64,000 nt of DNA from Anaerolineae bacterium (GTDB lineage Bacteria > Chloroflexota > Anaerolineae > J102): NCBI GenBank assembly GCA_026991225.1, contig JALXCB010000054.1, positions 4,277-68,276 of the forward strand, given 5' to 3'. Below the pieces are notes generated by a model that saw nothing but the letters and a program-made list of their open reading frames with translations, was not told the origin of the DNA and searched no databases. A program made the translations under genes and the position numbers. Of the stretch, positions 38,512 to 47,739 are shown piece by piece; the stretch's first letter is position 1, and each line of letters starts with the position of its first letter.

Positions 38512-39498
38512 CTACCATCCACTGCCCATGGTCAGGGCCATCACGGCTTTTTGCACATGCAGGCGGTTTTCGGCTTCGTCATAGACCACGCTTTGCGGGC
38601 CTTCCAGCACGCTGCTGGCCACCTCGATATCCCGATCCGCGGGCAGGGGATGCATGTAGATGGCGTCCGGTTTGGCCAGGGCCATTCGGCGTTCATCTGT
38701 GATCCAGTCTTTATACTGATCGATGAGGCGCTTGCTTTCTTCCGGGTCGGAGGTATGCACCAGCGGGCCCCAGCTTTTGGCGTAGATGACGTCGCTATCC
38801 TCGAACCCCGCGTCGAAATCATCCATCAGCTCCAGGCTGCCGCCTGCTTTCTTCGCATTCTCTTTGGCCTGGTCCACGATGAATTGGGGCAGATCGAACT
38901 TGGGCGGATGCACCAGCCGCACGTTCAAGCCAAAGCGGGTCATCAGCAGAATGAGGCTGGTGGGCACGCTCAACGGCTTCTGATAGCTGGAGGCGTAGGC
39001 CCAGCTCACGGTGATGGTCTTGCCACGGGGATCCCCTTTGTGTTCGATGATGGTTTGCAGGTCGGCCAAAGCTTGATGAGGATGATAGAGATCGCATTGC
39101 ATGTTGAGGACGGGCGCGCGGCTGGCTTCGGCCACATAGCGCAGGTATTTGTTGCCCACGCCCCAATCCACATGGCGAATGGCGATGCCGTCGAAGTAAC
39201 GCCCGTAGATTTCGCCCAGCTCTTTGGCGGTGTCGCCGTGGGCGATCTGGGTGGTGCGGCTTTCGACGAACGCGGCGTGCCCGCCCAGTTGGGCCATGCC
39301 CGCCTCGAAGGAGCCGCGAGTCCGCGTGGAGCTGAAGAAGAAGAGCATGGCCAGGGTCTTATCTCGCAGGTAGGGGTGAGGAATGCCCAGCGCCCGCTTC
39401 TTCTTCAGGTCGAAGGCAATGTCCATGACCGTGTCCAACTGGCCTTTGGTCCATTCCTGGGTGGTGATCATGTCGAGACCGCGCATGTTGGTTTGCAT
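38512..39498 (-). CDS. ygeW: YgeW-like carbamoyltransferase
   Basis: SSTRT and HPHQ plus YgeW-type SWAYASSYQKPLSVP...MTRFG and NMQCD. Confidence 0.8.
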   Translation of the reverse strand: MQTNMRGLDMITTQEWTKGQLDTVMDIAFDLKKKRALGIPHPYLRDKTLAMLFFFSSTRTRGSFEAGMAQLGGHAAFVESRTTQIAHGDTAKELGEIYGRYFDGIAIRHVDWGVGNKYLRYVAEASRAPVLNMQCDLYHPHQALADLQTIIEHKGDPRGKTITVSWAYASSYQKPLSVPTSLILLMTRFGLNVRLVHPPKFDLPQFIVDQAKENAKKAGGSLELMDDFDAGFEDSDVIYAKSWGPLVHTSDPEESKRLIDQYKDWITDERRMALAKPDAIYMHPLPADRDIEVASSVLEGPQSVVYDEAENRLHVQKAVMALTMGSGW

Positions 39499-39641
39499 GG
39501 AAAACACTCCTTTAATGATGGGATTATTGATGCAAAGAATTCCTTTCTATCGGTGGTTTTCGGAGGAACAAAGCAAAGATCAAAGACTAAAGATTAATGA
39601 ATTGTTTTTACGAAAGCGCGAATTGCCTTAATCTTTAATCT

Positions 39642-40481
39642 TCAGTCTTTAATGCTTTTGAACGACGATGGCAGTTCGTCGATGCGCCTGCCCATCTTCC
39701 TTTCCAAGGGCTCAATGTGATTGCCACGCACAGGCCGGCCGTCATCGGTGCGCCCGGCCAGCAATTCGGCGCGGGTCACCCAGCGGTTGAGGGGACAGAG
39801 ATCGATGGGAGGCAGATCGCGGGTGTGGAAGAAGGTGAAATGATAGGCGGTCAGCGCGCCGAAGGAGGGCGAAAGGCGTTTTCCGCCCTCGAAATCGGCC
39901 AGATAGTCCAGACGAAAATCCCCAGCTTCGTAGCTGACCTGATAACAAAGCTCTTCTTCCAATTCCCGAATCGCGGTCCGCTCGATGGGCTCCCGCCAGC
40001 CCCGATCTTCTTTCTGTCGTCCGCCAATCACCTGATACTGTCCCGCCCGCTCATCCCACTGCACCAGAAACATGGACGGATCGCCCGGCTTCACGATGAG
40101 CGTCTCGGCCACGTTGGTGAAGCGGATGGCGGGCGCATCTGGATAGCGCCTCAGGCGCTCCTGCTCCAGCAGGAAGACGAGACTGGCGCCGTGCTGCAGG
40201 CCCTCGCCCGGCCGGGCGCCGTGCGCCTCAGACCAATCCTCGATGACATGGCCTGGCGCTTCCAGCCAGGCCGCCAGGCTGTGCAGGAAGTAGTACGCGG
40301 GCTGGGAGGCCGCTCGGATGCCTGCGTCCGTCAGCTCCACCGCGCCCCAGGTCTCCAGCAGGATGGGCAGCCCCAAGCCGACAAGCTCCCCGTGGGGCAG
40401 CTCGCGCGGGGGCAGAGGCTCGTGCCGGGACTGGGGGATGGCTCGCAGCCAGGCGGCGAGGGCGATGCGTTCAGGAGGCAT
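39642..40481 (-). CDS. Hypothetical protein with C-terminal NUDIX domain
   Basis: QVIGGRQK...TAIRELEEEL Nudix-like box; start MPPERI overlaps the ygeY stop. Confidence 0.75.
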   Translation of the reverse strand: MPPERIALAAWLRAIPQSRHEPLPPRELPHGELVGLGLPILLETWGAVELTDAGIRAASQPAYYFLHSLAAWLEAPGHVIEDWSEAHGARPGEGLQHGASLVFLLEQERLRRYPDAPAIRFTNVAETLIVKPGDPSMFLVQWDERAGQYQVIGGRQKEDRGWREPIERTAIRELEEELCYQVSYEAGDFRLDYLADFEGGKRLSPSFGALTAYHFTFFHTRDLPPIDLCPLNRWVTRAELLAGRTDDGRPVRGNHIEPLERKMGRRIDELPSSFKSIKD

Positions 40482-41691
40482 GGGATCCGTCGATTTTCTC
40501 GGCCAGGGCTTTGGGGAAGAGAGCATAGAAGCCGGTGGCGTCGACCACGTCCTGCAAGCGCACCTGGTCCAGCGTGGTGTGGGCGTGGATTTCATCGCCC
40601 GGGCCAAAGCCGATGCTGGGGATGCCCGCCTTGCCCGCCCAGTAGATGCCGTTGGTGGAGAAGTTCCATTTGCCCGTGGGCACGGGATGGCCCAGATAGG
40701 CGCTGGCGGCCTCCACACCCGCCTGCACGATGGGCGCGTCCTCGGGCAGGGCCCAGGCTGGGAAGTATTTCTCCACCTCGAAGACGAAGCCGGTGTAGCT
40801 TTTATCCCGATACTGAAGGATCGAAACCTCGAAATCCTTCTCATGGCCAGCAGGGATGAGCGCGGCCACCTGGGCGACAGCCTCGTCCTTATCCTCGCCA
40901 AAGGTCATGCGACGGTCGATGAAGATGGTGGCTTCGTCGGGCACGGCGTTGATGCTGGGCGTCTTCACGTGCATGTCGGTGACGGTGATCTTGCCGTGGC
41001 CCAGGAAAGGATCGTCGCCCAACTGGGGCTCCAGGTCGCGGATGCCAGCGATAACGGGCAGCATTTTGTAGATGGCGTTGTCGCCCAGGTGATTGCTGGC
41101 CGCGTGGGCGCTGCGCCCTTTGGCCACGACCTGCATCTCCACCCGGCCTTTGTGGCCGCGATAGACCTGCATTTTCGTAGGTTCGCCGATGACCACGAAA
41201 TCGGGCCGGATGCCTTCCACCTCCACCAACACATTGGGCGCGATACCGTCGCACCATTCTTCCATGTTGCCGAAATAATAAGCGGTCCAGCCATCCAACA
41301 GACCCAGGTCGCGGGCGATAGCCAGCCCATAGACCATGCCCGGAGTGGAGTTTTTCTCATCGCAGGCGCCGCGGGCGTAGAGGATGCCGTTCTCCACCTT
41401 GCCGATGAAGGGATCCCACTCCCAGGCGTCGGGATCGCCGATGCCCACGGTGTCGATGTGGCTGTCGTAGAGCACTTTGCGGGGGCCGTCGCCAACGCGG
41501 CCCAGAATGTTGCCCTGCACGTCGAACCGCACCTCGTCGAAGCCCAGCTTGCGCATCTCTTGGGCGATGCGTTCGCCTACCGGACCAATCTGGCTGTCGT
41601 AGGAGGGGATGGCGACGATGTCGCGCATGAACTGGATGATGTCGTCGTGATACGCATCCACGCGCTCACGAATCTGCTGTACGATATCCAT
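40471..41691 (-). CDS. ygeY: YgeY-like M20 metallohydrolase
   Basis: DSHIDTV, RGACDEK, EEWCDG, YRGHKGR, WNFSTNG and GFGPG motifs. Confidence 0.9.
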   Translation of the reverse strand: MDIVQQIRERVDAYHDDIIQFMRDIVAIPSYDSQIGPVGERIAQEMRKLGFDEVRFDVQGNILGRVGDGPRKVLYDSHIDTVGIGDPDAWEWDPFIGKVENGILYARGACDEKNSTPGMVYGLAIARDLGLLDGWTAYYFGNMEEWCDGIAPNVLVEVEGIRPDFVVIGEPTKMQVYRGHKGRVEMQVVAKGRSAHAASNHLGDNAIYKMLPVIAGIRDLEPQLGDDPFLGHGKITVTDMHVKTPSINAVPDEATIFIDRRMTFGEDKDEAVAQVAALIPAGHEKDFEVSILQYRDKSYTGFVFEVEKYFPAWALPEDAPIVQAGVEAASAYLGHPVPTGKWNFSTNGIYWAGKAGIPSIGFGPGDEIHAHTTLDQVRLQDVVDATGFYALFPKALAEKIDGSHAS

Positions 41692-41732
41692 AGTGACCTC
41701 GATGGAAAGAGATGATGAGAATGGGAAAATGG

Positions 41733-42458
41733 TCAGCGATGACGGCGAATCAACCGAAAGCGGATGCGGTCGTCCCGAAACCAGGATGTCGCCCACACGA
41801 TGGGCTGATTCTGAGGATCATAGCCGATTTCTTCGAAAGACAACAGGGGCGTGTTCACCGGGATTTTCAAACGTTCGGCCAGAAAATCATCTGCCAGGAC
41901 GGGAATCAGTTCCGTAAGATAATACTGAAGCTGACTTTGGCAGCACGTTTCCATGAATTCATAAATAGGCGCACGGGCCATGGCCTCGTCGGGGCGGCAT
42001 TGAAGCAAACGTAGAGGAAGGACGTTTCGGGTGAGGATGGCGGGCGCGCCATCTTCAAGAAAACGCTTTTCCATGAGCAGCGCAGGCTCATCAGGGGAGA
42101 GCCCCAAGCGTCTGGCGGCTTCCCCGCCCGCGGGCTGCTCTTCCAGGCGCAACACTTCCACCGCGGGCGTATAGCCATGGGCCCGCAACGCCTCTTCATA
42201 AGACCAGATTTCATCCAGCCTGGTGCGCACCTGCAACCCGGCAGGATTCACAAACGTGCCCGCGCCCTGTCTGCGACGGATGATCCCCTCTTTCTCCAAC
42301 TTGCTCAACGCCTCCCTCACCGTGGTGCGACTTACGCCCAGAATTTGAGCCAGTTCCGTCTCCGAAGGCAGCCGTCCATCACCGAAGGCATTGTCAAGAA
42401 TGCGATCCTTAATGTAAAGCCGGGTCTGCTCAGTGAGGGATGGGCTGCGTTTGAACAT
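41733..42458 (-). CDS. GntR/HutC-family regulator with UTRA domain
   Basis: LPSETELAQILGVSRTTVREAL...GAGTFV. Confidence 0.93.
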   Translation of the reverse strand: MFKRSPSLTEQTRLYIKDRILDNAFGDGRLPSETELAQILGVSRTTVREALSKLEKEGIIRRRQGAGTFVNPAGLQVRTRLDEIWSYEEALRAHGYTPAVEVLRLEEQPAGGEAARRLGLSPDEPALLMEKRFLEDGAPAILTRNVLPLRLLQCRPDEAMARAPIYEFMETCCQSQLQYYLTELIPVLADDFLAERLKIPVNTPLLSFEEIGYDPQNQPIVWATSWFRDDRIRFRLIRRHR

Positions 42459-42461
42459 GGT

Positions 42462-42521
42462 CGGATTGTCTGGTTGTATGGTTGTATGACAAATTCTAGG
42501 CCATTTCTTTGCCCATGTCAA
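42462..42521 (-). promoter_or_regulatory. Sigma70 promoter and probable GntR operator
   Basis: TTGACA-17-TAGAAT followed by TTGTCATACAA and tandem CATACAAC/CATACAAC/CAGACAAT. Confidence 0.7.
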
Positions 42522-42590
42522 CTTCCGGATTAACCCGCTACTTCTGCCCCCCTCAAACTCGCATTTCCCCAGCGCCATGACGTAAAATCC

Positions 42591-42797
42591 AGCAGGCGGC
42601 CCGAGCGATAGCTCGCCGATACCGATGAAAACGCCTCGCGGCCAGGGTCGCGCGGCAAGCCAAGCACGTAATGCGTCATGCGTGATGCGTAACGATCTCA
42701 CGTTTCACCTTTTCACGCATCACGCCCGTTGCCGCCTCGGCCAATCTTGGCTCGGCGATCCTTTCTCAACCAACGACAACACTATTTTCGGAACAGG
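42591..42797 (-). repeat. Full-length scaffold repeat element
   Basis: Both conserved ends present; its end forms part of the AGGAG RBS of the next gene. Confidence 0.85.
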
Positions 42798-42805
42798 AGC
42801 TCGCA

Positions 42806-43663
42806 ATGAAATTCCACCAACCCCATGCTCAACTCTACATTCCCGACGACACGCCCGAGCCTCAAGCGCTGGCCCGCACCACCCATCTCGCCATCGCCGC
42901 GCACCAGGACGACATCGAGATCATGGCCATCGACGGCATTCTCGAAGCCTTTGGCCAGCCCGACAAATGGTTCACGGGCGTGGTCATGACCAACGGCGCG
43001 GGCAGCCCACGGGCGGGCGTCTATGGCGACTACACCGATGAGCAGATGCGTCAGGTGCGCATCGAAGAACAGAAAAAAGCCGCGTTCGTGGGCCAGTACG
43101 CGGCCCAATTCCTGCTGGATTACCCCAGCGTTCAGGTGAAAGACCCCGCGGCCACCGAGCCCGTGGAGGACCTGATTGCCATCCTGCGGGCGACAAAACC
43201 CGACATCGTCTACACTCACAACCCCGCCGACAAACACAACACCCACATCGGCGTCATCTACAAAACCCTGGCCGCCATCCGCGCCCTGCCCCGGGCGGAG
43301 CGTCCGCGCAGGCTCTACGGCTGCGAAGTGTGGCGCGACTTGGACTGGATGCTGGATGAAGACAAGGTCGCGTTCGACGTCTCTCGCTACGAGAACATGC
43401 AGATGGCCCTGGTGGCCGTGTTCGATTCCCAGATCAGCGGGGGCAAGCGTTACGACCTGGCCACCATGGGCCGTCGCCGGGCCAACGCCACCTACTACGC
43501 CTCTCACGCCACCGACATGGCCGACCTCATGACTTTCGCCATGGACCTGACGCCCCTCATCGAGGACGACGCTCTGGACATGATCGACTACGTCATGGGC
43601 TACATCGACCGCTTCGCCCGGGACGTGCGCGGGCGGCTGGCCTCCATGGCCCCATCCCACTGA
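42806..43663 (+). CDS. PIG-L/LmbE family deacetylase
   Basis: AAHQDDIE, RIEEQKKAA and THNPADKHNTH motifs. Confidence 0.88.
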   Translation: MKFHQPHAQLYIPDDTPEPQALARTTHLAIAAHQDDIEIMAIDGILEAFGQPDKWFTGVVMTNGAGSPRAGVYGDYTDEQMRQVRIEEQKKAAFVGQYAAQFLLDYPSVQVKDPAATEPVEDLIAILRATKPDIVYTHNPADKHNTHIGVIYKTLAAIRALPRAERPRRLYGCEVWRDLDWMLDEDKVAFDVSRYENMQMALVAVFDSQISGGKRYDLATMGRRRANATYYASHATDMADLMTFAMDLTPLIEDDALDMIDYVMGYIDRFARDVRGRLASMAPSH

Positions 43664-43685
43664 TGACTGATAACTGATTACTGAC

Positions 43686-44561
43686 TTACTCCTTGTAGTA
43701 TGGCTTGCCCAGGGCCTCGGGCGTGGTCGCGCCCCAGCGAGACCGGAACCATTTGGAGGAGATGAGGATCAGCACCAGGATGGTCATGGCGAAGGGGACC
43801 ATGCGCCAGATATAGCGGGACGCCAGGCCCGGGAAGAACATCTGGGGATTGAGGGAAAGCTGCCACAGCAGCCCGAACAGCACCGCGCCCCCGAATAGCA
43901 GATAGGGATTCCACATGGAGAAAAAGACCAGCGCCAGGGAGATGAAACCCCAGCCCATGAGGAAATTGTAATTCCAAACGGGATTGTAGTAGAGCCCGTA
44001 CACCGCGCCCGCGAATCCAGCCATGACGCCGCCGAAAATCACGCACAAATAGCGGATGCGGGCCACCTTCAGCCCCGAAACCTCGGCCACCGAAGGCTGT
44101 TCGCCCACGGAACGAATACTCAATCCCCATCCTGTTTTGTTGAGCAAAAACCAGACGACCGCCACCATGATAATGGCCAGGAAGAAGAAGGGGGAAATGC
44201 CGAACCAGGTGGGGAGGCGCTCCAGGCCCAGCGGGCCGGTGTATGGATTGCCGATATAAGTGGTCATGCCGAAGCCGAAGATCCAGATGCCCATGCCGCT
44301 GACCACCTGATCCACCCCCAGGGTGATGGAGAAAAAGCCATGCAGCAGGCCCAACAACGCGCCGATGCCGATCCCCACCAGAAAGCCGACGAGATAGCTG
44401 CCTGTGGTTTGGGCGGCGATGAACCCCAGGGTGGCTCCGAAGAGCATAATGCCTTCCAGACCCACGTTCAGGACGCCCGAGCGTTGGTCCACCAATTCGC
44501 CCAGACCGGCGAAGGTGAAGATCATGGCGGCTTCGAGACTGCGAATGAGAAATGCGAGCAT
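43686..44561 (-). CDS. Nucleoside-type ABC transporter permease
   Basis: RSGVLNVGLEGIML and SVGEQP...GWGFISLA motifs. Confidence 0.92.
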   Translation of the reverse strand: MLAFLIRSLEAAMIFTFAGLGELVDQRSGVLNVGLEGIMLFGATLGFIAAQTTGSYLVGFLVGIGIGALLGLLHGFFSITLGVDQVVSGMGIWIFGFGMTTYIGNPYTGPLGLERLPTWFGISPFFFLAIIMVAVVWFLLNKTGWGLSIRSVGEQPSVAEVSGLKVARIRYLCVIFGGVMAGFAGAVYGLYYNPVWNYNFLMGWGFISLALVFFSMWNPYLLFGGAVLFGLLWQLSLNPQMFFPGLASRYIWRMVPFAMTILVLILISSKWFRSRWGATTPEALGKPYYKE

Positions 44562-44571
44562 GAAGGTGCCT

Positions 44572-44775
44572 CCGTTTGATAAGATCGTTGCGTTTGTTTG
44601 TAAAAGCAATCCGAAGCCCACGTTGGGCGAGGCGGCAACGGGAGTGATGCGTAATGCGTAATCCGTGAGGTCGTTACGCATCACGCATTACGCATTACGG
44701 AATCGGCTTCCCGCGCCCACGTGGCCATAAAGCATGTTCATTCGTATTGGCGAGCCGTCGCTGGCGTCGCCTGCT
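44572..44775 (+). repeat. Full-length scaffold repeat element between the permease genes
   Basis: Homologous to 53487-53672; contains the upstream permease stop codon. Confidence 0.8.
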
Positions 44776-45865
44776 TTGTAATCAAAATCTGATAGTGATA
44801 GAAAAACTGGAACGCGACCAGGGAGATCATGAGCATGCCCATGAGCGCATAATCCACGCCAAACCCCAAATGCAGTTTGCCCTGCGCCGATCGCCCTCCG
44901 ATGGACAGGCCGCCGAAGAGCAGGGCCACAAATAAGGTGGCGATGGGGTTGCCCAGGGAGATGAGGCCGCAGATCATGCCATAGAAGGAAAGATCGCCGA
45001 AGTAGCCATAGGTGCGGGCGATCTTGTACACGCCCGGCACGGCCGCGAAGTAATGATATCCGGCCAGTCCGGCCAGTGCGCCGCCCAGCAGGAACACCAG
45101 CACCGAAATCCAGAAGGGATTGACGCCCGCGTAGCGGGCCGCGGGCGGGTTCTTGCCAAAGGCCCGGATCTGGTAGCCCAGGCTCATGCGGGCGAAGAGC
45201 AGATAGATGGCAATCATAAGGAGGATGACCAGGATCAGGGTGTAAGGGAAACCGGCGATGAGCGGGGCCCGGGCCGCCTCGGGCAACTCGAAGCTCTCGC
45301 CGCGGCCGCCCAGGTTCATGAATGGGCCGCCATCCTTGATCATGAACGCGACCAGGTTGAAGGCGATGAAGTTCAGCATCATCGTCACCACGATTTCGTT
45401 CACATTCCATTTCCCCTTCAAAAATCCGGCGATGCCGCCAATGAGCGCTCCCGCCAGCAGGGCGGCCAACACCATCAGGGTGATGACAACCGGTTGGGAC
45501 GCGGTCATCTCACCCGTCTTCCCTCCCAGCAGATACACCACGCCAAACGCGGCCAGCGCGCCCAGATACAATTGTCCGGGCATGCCGATATTCCACAGGC
45601 CCGCCCGATACGGGATAATAAATGCGTAGGAGGCGAACGCCAGGAAGATGAACCGATTGATGGTCAGGCGCAGGCCATAGGAATTGAAGAAAGCATAACC
45701 AAAAATCTGTTTGTAAATCTCTCGGGGGCTCTGGCCCGCTTGCCAAAAAATCAGGCTGAAGAGAAACAATCCGAACAGGATCGCCAGAATCGAAAACAGC
45801 GCGGCCTTCCACCCCGGCAGGTTCGTGCGTCGTTGCAAACGAATGTGGTAACCGGCGACGGTCAT
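44738..45865 (-). CDS. Nucleoside-type ABC transporter permease
   Basis: GLWNIGMPGQ, NEIVVTMMLNF and GKNPPAARYAG motifs. Confidence 0.92.
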   Translation of the reverse strand: MTVAGYHIRLQRRTNLPGWKAALFSILAILFGLFLFSLIFWQAGQSPREIYKQIFGYAFFNSYGLRLTINRFIFLAFASYAFIIPYRAGLWNIGMPGQLYLGALAAFGVVYLLGGKTGEMTASQPVVITLMVLAALLAGALIGGIAGFLKGKWNVNEIVVTMMLNFIAFNLVAFMIKDGGPFMNLGGRGESFELPEAARAPLIAGFPYTLILVILLMIAIYLLFARMSLGYQIRAFGKNPPAARYAGVNPFWISVLVFLLGGALAGLAGYHYFAAVPGVYKIARTYGYFGDLSFYGMICGLISLGNPIATLFVALLFGGLSIGGRSAQGKLHLGFGVDYALMGMLMISLVAFQFFYHYQILITKQATPATARQYE

Positions 45866-45868
45866 AGA

Positions 45869-47452
45869 TCAATTCTCCCGATGCAATCCGGCAATCATGG
45901 CGCCGATGAGGTCCTTCCTGGCCTCGGCGGCAGGAATGATATCGACGATTTCTCCCTCATACATGGGCGCGATCCAGTCGCTGAGGGAGAGGATTTCATC
46001 CAGGTCCTCGGAGATGAGGATCACCGCGGCCTGGTTGGATCGAGCCTCCAGCAGCTTGCGTTGGACGAATTCCGTCGCGCCCACGTCCAGGCCCTGTGCG
46101 GGCAGGTTGGCGATGACCAGCTTGGGCTGACGGGAAAGCACCCGGCCCAGGATGATCTTTTGCAGGTTGCCGCCCGAAAGCGTCTGGATTTTCACGTCCG
46201 GCCCGGGCGTGGCCACGTCGAAATCCTCGATGATCTGCTCGGTGAGCTGACGCAGCCCGCCATAATCGAGGAAGCCTGCGTGATTGTAACGCTTGTCGAA
46301 ATAATAGTTCATGGCCACGTTCTCCACCAGGGTGAAATCGCCAATGGACCCCACCTCGGTGCGTTCGGCCGGCGTGTAGCCCAGGCCCAGCTTCCAGCGA
46401 TCCAGGATGGATCGATGGGTGATATCCTGGCCTTCGAAAAGGATGCGGCCCCCTTCGGCCGGGCGCAGACCCATCAGAGTCTCGGCCAGCTCGTGCTGAC
46501 CATTGCCCGCCACGCCAGCGACGCCCAGGATCTCCCCTTCCCGCACGGTGAAGGAGGCGTTCTTCAGGGCGATGACGCCTTTGTTGTTGCGGGCGGAGAG
46601 GTTCTCCACCTGGATGACGGGCTTGCCCGGCGTCACGTCGGGCTTTTGCAGGTCGAAGATGACAGGGCGTCCCACCATCTTTTGGGCCAGGATCTGCTCC
46701 GTGGCCTTGGCCGTCTCCAACCTGTCCACCACCCTGCCCCGGCGCAAGATGGTCACCTGATCGCTGATGGCCAGCACCATGGGCAGTTTGTGGGTGATGA
46801 AGGGCACGACGCCCAGCGCCTCCTGCGTCATGGTCTCGATGGATTCCAGCAGGCGTTCGGTCTCCACGGGCGTCAGGGCCGAGGTGGGCTCGTCCAGAAT
46901 CAGGATTTTCGCGCCCCGGTAGAGGGCTTTGACGATCTCCACCACCTGCTTTTCGCCCTCGGTAAGCTGCCACACCCGGGCCCGCGGGTCCACCCGAAAG
47001 CCATAGCGTTGGGCGATGGCCTCGATTTCCTCCTCCGCCTCCTTGACGTTGATCACTCCGCGGCTCTTGGGGTGGCCCAGGAGGATGTTTTCCAGCACGG
47101 TGTGCGCGGGCACAAGCTTACGGTGTTGGTGCACCATGCCGATGCCCATCTTGATGGCGTCCTCGGGCGATCGGAAATTCACCTTCAGGCCCCGTACATA
47201 GATCTCTCCCTCATCGGGCTGCAACAACCCGAACAGGATGCTCATCAACGTCGTCTTCCCCGCGCCATTCTCCCCCAAGATGGCGTGAATCTCCCCCGCC
47301 CGAATCTTGAAATCAATGTGATCGTTGGCCAGCACGCCGCCGGGATAACGTTTGGTGATGCCTCGGGCGTCGAGGATCACCTCGCCCGGTTGGATGTGCT
47401 TCCAGATATCGCCGTGAAGTTCGATAGGTTCTGCGTCTCTGGTTCTCGGCAT
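45869..47452 (-). CDS. ABC transporter ATP-binding protein with two ATPase domains
   Basis: GENGAGKTT, LDEPT and LSGGNLQK motifs. Confidence 0.95.
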   Translation of the reverse strand: MPRTRDAEPIELHGDIWKHIQPGEVILDARGITKRYPGGVLANDHIDFKIRAGEIHAILGENGAGKTTLMSILFGLLQPDEGEIYVRGLKVNFRSPEDAIKMGIGMVHQHRKLVPAHTVLENILLGHPKSRGVINVKEAEEEIEAIAQRYGFRVDPRARVWQLTEGEKQVVEIVKALYRGAKILILDEPTSALTPVETERLLESIETMTQEALGVVPFITHKLPMVLAISDQVTILRRGRVVDRLETAKATEQILAQKMVGRPVIFDLQKPDVTPGKPVIQVENLSARNNKGVIALKNASFTVREGEILGVAGVAGNGQHELAETLMGLRPAEGGRILFEGQDITHRSILDRWKLGLGYTPAERTEVGSIGDFTLVENVAMNYYFDKRYNHAGFLDYGGLRQLTEQIIEDFDVATPGPDVKIQTLSGGNLQKIILGRVLSRQPKLVIANLPAQGLDVGATEFVQRKLLEARSNQAAVILISEDLDEILSLSDWIAPMYEGEIVDIIPAAEARKDLIGAMIAGLHREN

Positions 47453-47536
47453 AAGCGCCTCGGTGTTCAGTAATCAGTGATCAGTGATCAGTAATCAGTG
47501 TCCAGGCCATCGCGTGGGATGAATCTCGCATAAGAT

Positions 47537-47678
47537 GTAACTGCCAACGTACCCCGGTTAACAAACCACAAAGTGCACAAAGACGCTAAGAACACGAAGA
47601 AAAAATGTATACATTTCCCTTTGTGCCTTTGTGTCTTCGTGTTCTTAGTGGTTTTCGGGTGACGACCTCAGCAGTTAC
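47537..47678. mobile_element. 142-bp GTAAC-family MITE (subtype B, inverted)
   Basis: Perfect 8-bp TSD CATAAGAT; reverse complement of the 30066 type. Confidence 0.92.
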
Positions 47679-47686
47679 CATAAGAT

Positions 47687-47718
47687 AAAGGGGGAAGATG
47701 AAAGACCTTCCCCCCTTT
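47687..47718 (-). terminator. Hairpin/terminator downstream of the BMP lipoprotein gene
   Basis: AAAGGGGGAAG...CTTCCCCCCTTT stem. Confidence 0.6.
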
Positions 47719-47739
47719 CTTCACGTTCCTTGTGGGTTC

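Noticed and set aside
38512..39498. Calling the carbamoyltransferase argF/arcB (arginine deiminase pathway)
   Set aside because: It has YgeW-type signature segments and neighbours ygeY; no arginine deiminase is present in the window.
33000..41691. Selenocysteine read-through in the YgeY-linked cluster
   Set aside because: All ORFs are full length with no in-frame TGA needing recoding.
18560..42701. N-terminal extensions in track ORFs (18560, 30054, 37170, 42701 and others)
   Set aside because: The extensions are translated repeat DNA (ITHHALR, LRVF-type peptides); starts were moved to the first plausible codon of the conserved domain.
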